The notes beneath the pieces were generated by a model. That model worked only from the letters and a program-made list of their open reading frames with translations, did no database searches and was not told where the DNA came from. Of a DNA stretch of 64,000 nt, positions 56,358 through 64,000 are shown piece by piece; the stretch's first letter is position 1; every line of letters begins with the position of its first letter. The position numbers and the translations under genes are program-made. Source of the DNA: Candidatus Latescibacterota bacterium (lineage in GTDB: Bacteria > Latescibacterota > UBA2968 > GCA-2709665); assembly GCA_965222075.1 (NCBI GenBank), contig OZ244937.1, positions 4,576,001 through 4,640,000 on the forward strand, in the 5' to 3' direction.

Positions 56358-59300
56358 ATGGCAGATCCGCGATTTCTTCAGGGTGAAGGGACGGGAATTT
56401 TTACTGGCAATGAACTGATTGTCAAGGGCGGTCTGGAGCATTGTATGGGGCTCTTGACCGGGTATCCGGGGTCTCCAGTGGCAGAGGTGTTCGATGCGGC
56501 CGAACGTACCCGGGATCTGATGGTTGACAAGGGTATTATGGTTCAGATTGCCAACAACGAGGCCTTAAGCGCCGCCCGGTTGAACGGCTCCCAGATGGAA
56601 TCGATTCGGGCGATGGCGGTGATGAAGAGTGTAGGGGTGCATGTGGCCTCCGACGGTCTGGCCCTTGGAAATATGGCGGGGACGGCGCCTGGAGGGGCGG
56701 TGGTGGCTGTTTTTGGAGACGATACCTGGTCTGAGGGAACGCAGGTGCCGGCGGATTCCCGGTTTATTGCCAAGCACCTCTACATGCCGGTTGTAGAACC
56801 GAGTACCTTCCAGGAGATCAAGGACTGGATCGGGATTGCGTTTGAGCTTTCGGAAAAGACCCGGCTGTATATCGCCTATCTTGTGACGTCCAACCAGGTT
56901 GATGGCGGGGGGACGGTGACGGTGCAGCCCAACCGTTACCCCGAGCTTACGGTCAACACGCCGGTGACGATCGACAGCCGGTCGATTCCGGTGGACGACC
57001 GGGTGATCATTCCGCCCACCACGGCGGCGAAAGAGGAAGAAGTCCTGTACAAGCGGTTCCCGGAGTTGCTTGAACACGCCCGGGACTACGGTTTGAATAA
57101 AATTCTCTACCCGCCGGCGTCCGGAAAAAAACAAATCGGGTTTGTGACCAGCAGCCTGGCCTACTGTTATTTAGAGCATGTTCTGACCCTGGTGGGGCTG
57201 GAGGAGACGATTCCGATTCTCAAGTTCGGCGTGACTCATCCGGTAGACCGGGAGATTCTGCGGACGTTTGTAGGGCAGGTGGACGAGATTTACGTGGTGG
57301 AGGAGAAACGGGGGTTCTTAGAAGAGCAGGTAACGGTCGCCCTACAGGACTTTTACCAGGATGGGGAGATCGGGCCGTTCCGGATCTGGGGCAAGCGGTT
57401 TCCGAATATGTGGCCGGGGTTTCCGGCGAGCAAGGGGATGAACCCTTCTATTATGCTGCGTATTCTGGCGCCTTTGCTCAAATCGCTGGATGATCCCACC
57501 GTGCCGGTAGATCGAGAACGGATCGACCGGGAGGTGGCGCTTATTGAGGCGACGGAAGGCTACGATTTGAGGGCCGCGGCTCGAACGCCTTCGTTCTGTC
57601 CGGGCTGCCCGCACCGGGATTCGGCCAGCGTGCTGAACCGGATGATCGACAATTTTAACAGTGCAGATTACATGCAGGAGCACCACAAGACAGCTCCTGT
57701 GGATCTGGTGTTTCACGGGGATATCGGATGTTATTCCCTTTTGAAGTACAAACCGTTCGACCGGTTGATGCACAATCTGTCCGGGATGGGGCTGGGTGGA
57801 GGCACCGGGGCTGGGATTGACCCCTTTATCACCAATAAGCAGGTGGTATTTATGGGGGATTCGACCTTTTTTCACAGCGGGATGGTGGCCATTTCGGACT
57901 CGATCAAACATAACCAGGATATTACCTATGTGATTTTAGACAACAAGACGACGGCGATGACCGGACACCAGCCGACGCCGGGGGTGGATATCGATATTAT
58001 GGGGCGGCCGACGTTTGCCCAGAATATTGAACAAATTGTCCGCGGGATGGCCGCTACGGAGGGAAAGGAGCGGGTCTTTGTTGTCCAGATGAACCCGGCA
58101 GAGCGTGAAGACTATCGGAAGACGCTGGAAGCGGTCCTGTTGAAGGGTGGCGTGAAGGTTGTTATCGCGGATAAGGAATGCGGGATTACCTATCACCGCC
58201 GGATGAAGGTTGAACAGCGCCAAATTGTCAAGGAGAAAGGATTTCTTCCGAAAGAGGATCATATCAATATTACCCCCGAGGTGTGCGAGTATTGTTTGGA
58301 GTGCACAAGGGCGACCGGCTGCAGCGGGCTGGCGGTGGAAGAGACGCTCCACGGCCCGAAGATCGCCACGGACCTTTCGCTATGCGTGGCGGACGGCGCC
58401 TGCACCAAGGTGACGGTTGCCAATGACGATAAGACCTGTCCGTCGTTTGAGAAGGTGAGTATTATCCGCACGCGGCCATTGGAAACACAAACGGAGACGA
58501 TTGACCTGTCGGATCTGCCCGAACCCGAAGTCCAGGATTTCGATTCGACATGGTATGCTTATATCGCCGGGGTTGGCGGCATGGGCATCAATACGATTTC
58601 TGCGATTCTCTCGGTCGCCGGAGCAAAACAGGGGTATACGGTCCGGTTTACCAATAAGAAGGGGCTGGCCATCCGGAACGGGGCGGTTTATTCGCATGTG
58701 AGTTTTACAAAAGGCGATCGGGTGATTTCACAGTTGATCCCGTATGGACACGCCGATCTTCTTCTGGGGCTGGATATCTTAGAGGCGGTGCGCGGGCTGG
58801 ATCCCCAGGGGTACGGACGGGTTGCCAGCCCGGAACATACGACCGCCGTGGTGGAGACCGGGAAGCGGCACACGATTCAGACCCTGACCGGGGAAGACGA
58901 TTTTGACCCGGCGGAACTGGTGGCGCAGCTTAAGAAGTATACCAGGCCGGAGACGTATTTCGGGATGGATCTGGGCGAGATTTCCGAGCGGTTTTTGGGA
59001 AACAAGATTTACGCCAACAGCATTCTGCTGGGCGTGGCCTACCAGCGAGGCGCGCTTCCGCTGGACCTTGGTCATATCCACTGGGCGATGAAGCAGAATA
59101 TCGGGAAGGACCTGGAACCGAATCTGAAGGCTTTTGATCTTGGACGAAAGATCGCGCTTTCTCCAGGGGTTGTTGAGAAGCAGAAAGAGGAGGTGACCTA
59201 CAAAAGTCTATCGGAGGACAAGGCCGGTATCTTAGAACGGTCCAGGGGCAAGAAGGTAAGCGAGGCCTATCGGGAGATTGCGACACGGGTGGAGGAGATG

Positions 59301-59969
59301 GATCTGGACGAGGAAGCGAAGGTGCAGTTTGCGCTTGGGGTTTACGATTTGATTCAGTGGGGTGGGGTGGATTACGCGCGTTCCTACGGCGAACGGGTAC
59401 AGAGGGTTTACGAGCTGGACAGTGCGGACTATGGTTGTGAGGCCACCGGAGAGGTCATCCGGTATCTGGCCAGGGTGATGGCCTATAAAGATGAGATCTA
59501 TGTGGCGCACCTGCTGACGAGTGAGGAGAAGCGCCGCCGGGATTACGAACGCTACATGATCGATCCAAAACGAGGGGACCGGATTTCTTATATTCATTTG
59601 ACCCGTCCGCATTTCAAGCCTTTCGGGATTGATTTTATGTTCGATCTGAAGTCCCGGGACTGGATGCTGAAGGTGATGAGGCGGATGGTGGTTTTGAGAA
59701 AGCTGTTCCCCGCCTGGCACAGGGAAGAGAAGGAGTACAGGGACTGGTATACCGACCTTGTGGACCGCTTCGACTACGACTGTGAAGAGAGATACCGGGC
59801 CTACGTGCGTGTTTTTCAGCTGCCGGAGGAGGTTCGGGGGTACCGGGAGGTGATCTGGCCCAAGATGCGGGCTGCCTACCAGATGGCGGAATTCCTGCTG
59901 GATGGGGAGGGGGAACCGCCTGCGATTGATACCTACCTGTCGATCGAGCCGGTTGCCGAGCAGGCATGA
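56358..59969 (+). CDS. Indolepyruvate:ferredoxin oxidoreductase family, fused alpha+beta (plus DUF6537-like tail)
   Basis: TGYPGSP, RTPSFCPGCPHR, GDIGCY, MGDSTFFHSG, LDNKTTAMTGHQ, AGVGGMG, GLAIRNGAVYSH. Confidence 0.9.
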   Translation: MADPRFLQGEGTGIFTGNELIVKGGLEHCMGLLTGYPGSPVAEVFDAAERTRDLMVDKGIMVQIANNEALSAARLNGSQMESIRAMAVMKSVGVHVASDGLALGNMAGTAPGGAVVAVFGDDTWSEGTQVPADSRFIAKHLYMPVVEPSTFQEIKDWIGIAFELSEKTRLYIAYLVTSNQVDGGGTVTVQPNRYPELTVNTPVTIDSRSIPVDDRVIIPPTTAAKEEEVLYKRFPELLEHARDYGLNKILYPPASGKKQIGFVTSSLAYCYLEHVLTLVGLEETIPILKFGVTHPVDREILRTFVGQVDEIYVVEEKRGFLEEQVTVALQDFYQDGEIGPFRIWGKRFPNMWPGFPASKGMNPSIMLRILAPLLKSLDDPTVPVDRERIDREVALIEATEGYDLRAAARTPSFCPGCPHRDSASVLNRMIDNFNSADYMQEHHKTAPVDLVFHGDIGCYSLLKYKPFDRLMHNLSGMGLGGGTGAGIDPFITNKQVVFMGDSTFFHSGMVAISDSIKHNQDITYVILDNKTTAMTGHQPTPGVDIDIMGRPTFAQNIEQIVRGMAATEGKERVFVVQMNPAEREDYRKTLEAVLLKGGVKVVIADKECGITYHRRMKVEQRQIVKEKGFLPKEDHINITPEVCEYCLECTRATGCSGLAVEETLHGPKIATDLSLCVADGACTKVTVANDDKTCPSFEKVSIIRTRPLETQTETIDLSDLPEPEVQDFDSTWYAYIAGVGGMGINTISAILSVAGAKQGYTVRFTNKKGLAIRNGAVYSHVSFTKGDRVISQLIPYGHADLLLGLDILEAVRGLDPQGYGRVASPEHTTAVVETGKRHTIQTLTGEDDFDPAELVAQLKKYTRPETYFGMDLGEISERFLGNKIYANSILLGVAYQRGALPLDLGHIHWAMKQNIGKDLEPNLKAFDLGRKIALSPGVVEKQKEEVTYKSLSEDKAGILERSRGKKVSEAYREIATRVEEMDLDEEAKVQFALGVYDLIQWGGVDYARSYGERVQRVYELDSADYGCEATGEVIRYLARVMAYKDEIYVAHLLTSEEKRRRDYERYMIDPKRGDRISYIHLTRPHFKPFGIDFMFDLKSRDWMLKVMRRMVVLRKLFPAWHREEKEYRDWYTDLVDRFDYDCEERYRAYVRVFQLPEEVRGYREVIWPKMRAAYQMAEFLLDGEGEPPAIDTYLSIEPVAEQA

Positions 59970-60040
59970 GAATACAGCGATCGATGATCGGTGGGTCGTT
60001 TATGCGGGGTTTTGCCTCGCATTTTTTATTTGGAGGGCAT

Positions 60041-61084
60041 ATGCTCAAGGTCGGCGTGGTGGGGCTCAGGCGCGGCAGGGGGCTGTTTCGGGTGTTTCAC
60101 AACCACCGGAATACGCAGGTGACCGCGGTATGTGATCTGGCGGTGGGCCGGGCCGAGGAGGTGGCCGCGGAATTCGAAATTCCGGAGGTTTATTCGGATT
60201 TTGAGGCGTTTCTGAGATCCGGGCTGGATGTGGTGGTGGTGGCCACGCCGGCGCCCCTGCACGCGGACCAGTCGGTTCGGGCGATGGAGGCGGGTGCCCA
60301 TGTGCTCAGCGAGGTGCCGGCGGCGTGGAGCCTGGAGGGGTGCGTGAGGATCGTGGAAACCGCCGAATGGACGGGGCGTGTTTATATGATGGCCGAGAAT
60401 ATGAATTTTTACCATTATATTCAGGAGTGGAAGGGCAGGGTGCAGGCAGGAGAGATCGGAGAGGTTTTCTATGCCGAGGCGGAATATATCCACGACTGTC
60501 GGAAGCTTATGCGGGATGCGCAGGGGGGCCTGACCTGGCGGGCGGGGATGCCTCCGATTTATTACTGCACACACAGCCTGGGGCCGGTGCTGGATATTCT
60601 GGAGGACCGGTGTATCTGGGCCGTGGGGATGGCGACGGGCACCCATACCGAGCCGGACCTGGGTTCGATTGATATGGAGGTAGGGCTGTTTCGAACGGCC
60701 AAGGGGCGGGTGATCAAGATTCTGTGCGGGTTTACGGTGACCCGGAAGCCGGCATTACACTGGCAGGTTTTTTACGGGACGGAGGGGACACTGGAGAACC
60801 GCAGGACGCCGTGGGAGGAGGCGAAGGTATACCGGGCCGGGGATGAGAAGATGGGACCGGTCCGGGCGGAGGCTTCAGATCCGGACGCCCCGCCAGAGGC
60901 GACTGCCGGGGGGCACGGGACTTCGGAGTACTACATGGTGGACGGGTTCATCCGGGCGGTGCTGGGAGGCACGCCGCCGATCGATGTGTATCGCTCGATG
61001 GATTACTCTGCGCCGGGGCTTTGCGCGCATCTGTCCGCCCAGCGGGGCGGAGAACCGGTCGAGGTTCCCGATTTCCGATCGTGA
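60041..61084 (+). CDS. Gfo/Idh/MocA family oxidoreductase
   Basis: KVGVVGL, VVATPAPLHA, HVLSEVP, YMMAEN, AEYIHD, YCTHSLGP, GGHGTS. Confidence 0.9.
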   Translation: MLKVGVVGLRRGRGLFRVFHNHRNTQVTAVCDLAVGRAEEVAAEFEIPEVYSDFEAFLRSGLDVVVVATPAPLHADQSVRAMEAGAHVLSEVPAAWSLEGCVRIVETAEWTGRVYMMAENMNFYHYIQEWKGRVQAGEIGEVFYAEAEYIHDCRKLMRDAQGGLTWRAGMPPIYYCTHSLGPVLDILEDRCIWAVGMATGTHTEPDLGSIDMEVGLFRTAKGRVIKILCGFTVTRKPALHWQVFYGTEGTLENRRTPWEEAKVYRAGDEKMGPVRAEASDPDAPPEATAGGHGTSEYYMVDGFIRAVLGGTPPIDVYRSMDYSAPGLCAHLSAQRGGEPVEVPDFRS

Positions 61085-61120
61085 GGAGGCTAAGCGATTC
61101 GGCATCACTCCTGTCCTGCC

Positions 61121-61160
61121 AGACGTCGGCTTCCGACCCATCGGACTGGCGTCTTTTTTT
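61121..61160 (+). terminator. Rho-independent terminator
   Basis: agacgtcggcttccga-ccca-tcggactggcgtct followed by a T run. Confidence 0.75.
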
Positions 61161-61368
61161 GTCTGGATTTCTGCTTGACCCCCCGTTTTAAATGCATTAC
61201 CTTCCTGGAGGGGCGTGAAGGTCTGCTGTGAGATTTTCTTGAATCCCGTCACCCGTTGATTATATTCGCCGTTTTGAAACGCAGAGTGGTCGTATACAAT
61301 CGCACGGTCTCTGGACAGATTTCAGGAGATATCGTGTCGGCATATATTCTCAAAAAGGAGGGACTACA

Positions 61369-62517
61369 TTGGCTGCTAAACGATGGGAGACACACAACCC
61401 TTCCGGAAAAAGACGTGTGGTCGTTACAAAAGTCCTGCCCGGGGACCGCTGGCTGAAGATTCTGACCAAGGCGGGCTGCAGGGTTGAAATTTGTACGTCC
61501 ACGGATATCTTAAATATTGGCGAGATTAAAGCGGCTATCGGGAAACAGTGCGACGGGGTGGTGGGGCAGCTGACGGAGAACTGGGGCAAGACGCTCTTTT
61601 CGGCGCTGAAGGCCGCAGGCGGCACCGCGTACAGCAACTATGCGGTCGGTTTCAACAATGTGGATGTTGGCACCGCCACCGAGCTTGGGATCCCCGTGGG
61701 GAATACGCCGGGGGTGCTGACGGATACCACAGCGGAGATGGCGGTCTCGCTCACGGTCTCGGCCGCACGGCGCGTGGTGGAGGCGGATGCGTTTATGCGC
61801 GGGGGCAAGTACAAAGGCTGGTTGCCCACCCTGTTCCTCGGGGAGTTGATGAGACGGAAGACGGTTGGGGTTATCGGCGCGGGACGAATCGGTTACGCCT
61901 ACGGCAGGATGATGGTCGAAGGGTTCAAGATGAACCTGATTTACTATGATATCTTCCAGAACAAGGCACTTGAAAAGTTTATTCGAGAATATGGTGAATT
62001 TTTGAAGTCTCAGGGTGAAGATCCGGTGAGCTGCACTCGGGCCGAAACCCCGGAAGAGGTGCTCCAGAGGGCGGATGTGGTGAGCCTGCACCCCGTGCTG
62101 GATGAGAAAACGCACCACCTGATTAACACCAAACGCCTTCGGTTGATGAAGAAGAATGCGATTCTGGTGAATGCGAGCCGGGGGCCGGTGATCGATGAGA
62201 AGGCCTTGGTTGCCCACTGTGAGAAGAACCCGGACTTCAAGGTGGGGCTGGACGTGTTCGAGGATGAGCCCAAGATGAAGCCGGGGCTGAATAAGCTGAA
62301 TAACGTGGTGATTGTGCCTCACATCGCTTCGGCGACCGACTGGACGCGGGAGGGGATGGCGATCCTGGCCGCCAGCAATGTGGCCGGGATTTTGAGGGGC
62401 TATCCAATTTGGCCGGATCCCAACAGTGTGCTTCCGTTCTTAGAGAGAAATCCGCCCAAAGCGGCCCCGAGCATCGTGAATGCCAAGGAGTTGAAGCTGG
62501 AGACGCTCGAGGCATAG
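61369..62517 (+). CDS. Hydroxypyruvate reductase / glycerate dehydrogenase, plant HPR1-type
   Basis: CDGVVGQLTENWG, AVGFNNVDV, VGNTPGVLT, GVIGAGRIG, MMVEGFKMNLIYYD, GLDVFEDEP, VPHIASA, WTREGMA. TTG start with AGGAGG RBS. Confidence 0.92.
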   Translation: MAAKRWETHNPSGKRRVVVTKVLPGDRWLKILTKAGCRVEICTSTDILNIGEIKAAIGKQCDGVVGQLTENWGKTLFSALKAAGGTAYSNYAVGFNNVDVGTATELGIPVGNTPGVLTDTTAEMAVSLTVSAARRVVEADAFMRGGKYKGWLPTLFLGELMRRKTVGVIGAGRIGYAYGRMMVEGFKMNLIYYDIFQNKALEKFIREYGEFLKSQGEDPVSCTRAETPEEVLQRADVVSLHPVLDEKTHHLINTKRLRLMKKNAILVNASRGPVIDEKALVAHCEKNPDFKVGLDVFEDEPKMKPGLNKLNNVVIVPHIASATDWTREGMAILAASNVAGILRGYPIWPDPNSVLPFLERNPPKAAPSIVNAKELKLETLEA

Positions 62518-62543
62518 GTTTCCGACTGTGGTAGAAGAGATCA

Positions 62544-62584
62544 AGGCGGGCGGGCTGCTTCTGGCGGTCGGCCCGTCTCTTTTT
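62544..62584 (+). terminator. Probable Rho-independent terminator
   Basis: GC-rich imperfect stem ggcgggcgggctgc...gcggtcggcccgtc followed by tcttttt. Confidence 0.55.
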
Positions 62585-62604
62585 GTCAGTGTGCATGGGA
62601 CTGT

Positions 62605-63600
62605 ATGCTTGAGGGGTTGAAGGTGGTTGAGTCTGTGCTAAATCGCGTCCTTTCGGTTGCGCCGATGATGGACTGGACGGATCGTCACGAGCGTTATTTC
62701 CTACGGTTGTTTTCCCGGCATATCCTCCTGTACACAGAGATGATCACGACCGGCGCCATTTTACACGGGGACCGGGAGCGGCTGCTGGGGTACGATGCCC
62801 GGGAACACCCTCTGGCGCTGCAGGTTGGGGGGAGCGATCCCGAAGCCTTAGCCGAGTGTGCGAGAATCGGCCAGGATTACGGGTACGATGAGGTGAATTT
62901 AAACTTAGGCTGCCCCAGCGACCGCGTGCAGACGGGGCGCTTCGGGGCCTGTTTGATGGCCGAACCCGACTTAGTTGCCCGCTGTGTTGACGCGATGCGC
63001 CGGGCCGTTGAGGTTCCAGTTACGGTGAAGACGCGTATTGGTATTGACGACCGGGACTCTTATGGCGAACTCACGCATTTTGTGCAGACGGTTGCAAGTG
63101 CGGGGTGCGAGGTTTTTGTTGTGCATGCGCGAAAGGCGTGGCTGAAGGGGCTGAGCCCCAAAGAGAACCGGGAGGTTCCGCCGCTTCGATACGATATGGT
63201 CTATCGGCTCAAGCAGGATTTTCCGGATCTGGAGATTGTGGTCAACGGGGGGATCCAGACGCAGGATCAGATCCGGGAGCACCTCGATGTGGTGGACGGG
63301 GTGATGATCGGGCGTGCGGCCTATCAGAATCCCTACTTTCTGGCTTCGATGGATCAGGCGTTTTACGGGGAGAAGCGCCCCATCCCAATGCAGCACGAGA
63401 TTCTGGAGCGGTTCATTTCCTACGTTGAGACGCAGCTGGAACAGGGTGTGAGGCTCGGCCAGATGACGCGCCATATTCTGGGATTGTTCCAGGGCGTGCC
63501 CGGCGCAAGGGCATGGCGGCGCCACCTGAGCGAACAGGTCCACAGGGCGGGCGCCGGCGTCGAGGTGATCCAGAAGGCGGCGCAGCAGGTGGATGCGTAA
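62605..63600 (+). CDS. dusA: tRNA-dihydrouridine(20/20a) synthase
   Basis: SVAPMMDWTDRH, NLNLGCPSDRVQ, VHARKAWLKGLSPKENR, GVMIGRAAY. Confidence 0.96.
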   Translation: MLEGLKVVESVLNRVLSVAPMMDWTDRHERYFLRLFSRHILLYTEMITTGAILHGDRERLLGYDAREHPLALQVGGSDPEALAECARIGQDYGYDEVNLNLGCPSDRVQTGRFGACLMAEPDLVARCVDAMRRAVEVPVTVKTRIGIDDRDSYGELTHFVQTVASAGCEVFVVHARKAWLKGLSPKENREVPPLRYDMVYRLKQDFPDLEIVVNGGIQTQDQIREHLDVVDGVMIGRAAYQNPYFLASMDQAFYGEKRPIPMQHEILERFISYVETQLEQGVRLGQMTRHILGLFQGVPGARAWRRHLSEQVHRAGAGVEVIQKAAQQVDA

Positions 63601-63605
63601 CCGGG

Positions 63606-64000
63606 TTATGCGAGTTTCTCACACGCGGCGACCAGGTCGGATGAGGATACGGTATAGCCGATATTGAGCTCCGTGTCGATCACGGCGGCCCGGGAAAGCA
63701 GGAGGTCTTCGGCGGTGTCCGCGACTTCGATTGCCGAGGTGCAGTCCCGGATGAGGATGATCCCGTAGCCCCGGTTATTCATAGCCCGCGTGCCGTAGTC
63801 CCGGAAGGGGACGCACATGTTGGCGGCAAAACCGACGTAGAAGAGGTGGAGGATCTTCCGGTGGCTCAGCAGCCGGTGGAGCTGGTCTCCGTTGACGATC
63901 ACAAAGTCGCCGTCCTGGGGTTCGACCTCGGGGATGATGCGGCGGTTTTCGATGATGTCCTCAAAGACCTGATCTTTGGGCTCTTTCGGACGCGTCCACT
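63606..64000 (-). CDS. Isochorismatase/cysteine hydrolase family protein (5' end beyond window)
   Basis: LFYVGFAANMCV..RDYG, RGYGIILIRDCT; frame open to the window edge. Confidence 0.75.
   Translation of the reverse strand, partial: WTRPKEPKDQVFEDIIENRRIIPEVEPQDGDFVIVNGDQLHRLLSHRKILHLFYVGFAANMCVPFRDYGTRAMNNRGYGIILIRDCTSAIEVADTAEDLLLSRAAVIDTELNIGYTVSSSDLVAACEKLA

Overview
Gene-dense, GC-rich bacterial chromosomal window. It is probably from an FCB-superphylum or candidate-phylum diderm such as Latescibacterota; this is inferred only from gene content (GWxTD protein, TonB receptor, long GlmL). Left to right: a minus-strand run (ndk-yceD-rpmF-fabH-fabG-acpP-fabF-rnc-lipM-two hypotheticals-glmL-like-oligopeptide ABC transporter). 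Next is a divergent four-gene plus-strand operon: fatty acyl reductase, HX4D acyltransferase, alkyl-DHAP synthase and a DHRS7B/PexRAP-like SDR. Together these resemble the whole eukaryotic peroxisomal ether-lipid pathway, and this is the top finding. Then come bioA-bioD, an acetamidase, a beta-propeller, a beta-CASP nuclease with a repeated C-terminal module and long leader hairpin, and phnA with a divergent D-2-hydroxyacid dehydrogenase. These are followed by an M42 peptidase, a CnbZ-like protein, a creatininase remnant, heparinase II/III, qor, a TonB receptor, ygfZ-folB-folK-dNK-panB-panC and sodA-prx-iscA. The rest is rny overlapping an orphan nuoI, a degenerate iscU, queG-miaB-lipA-Rieske, a GWxTD protein, a fused IOR, Gfo/Idh/MocA, a plant-type hydroxypyruvate reductase, dusA and a partial isochorismatase. 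No rRNA, tRNA, CRISPR array or transposase was recognised. A 68-nt non-coding element is present twice. All homology calls come from motif recognition by eye, not from database searches.
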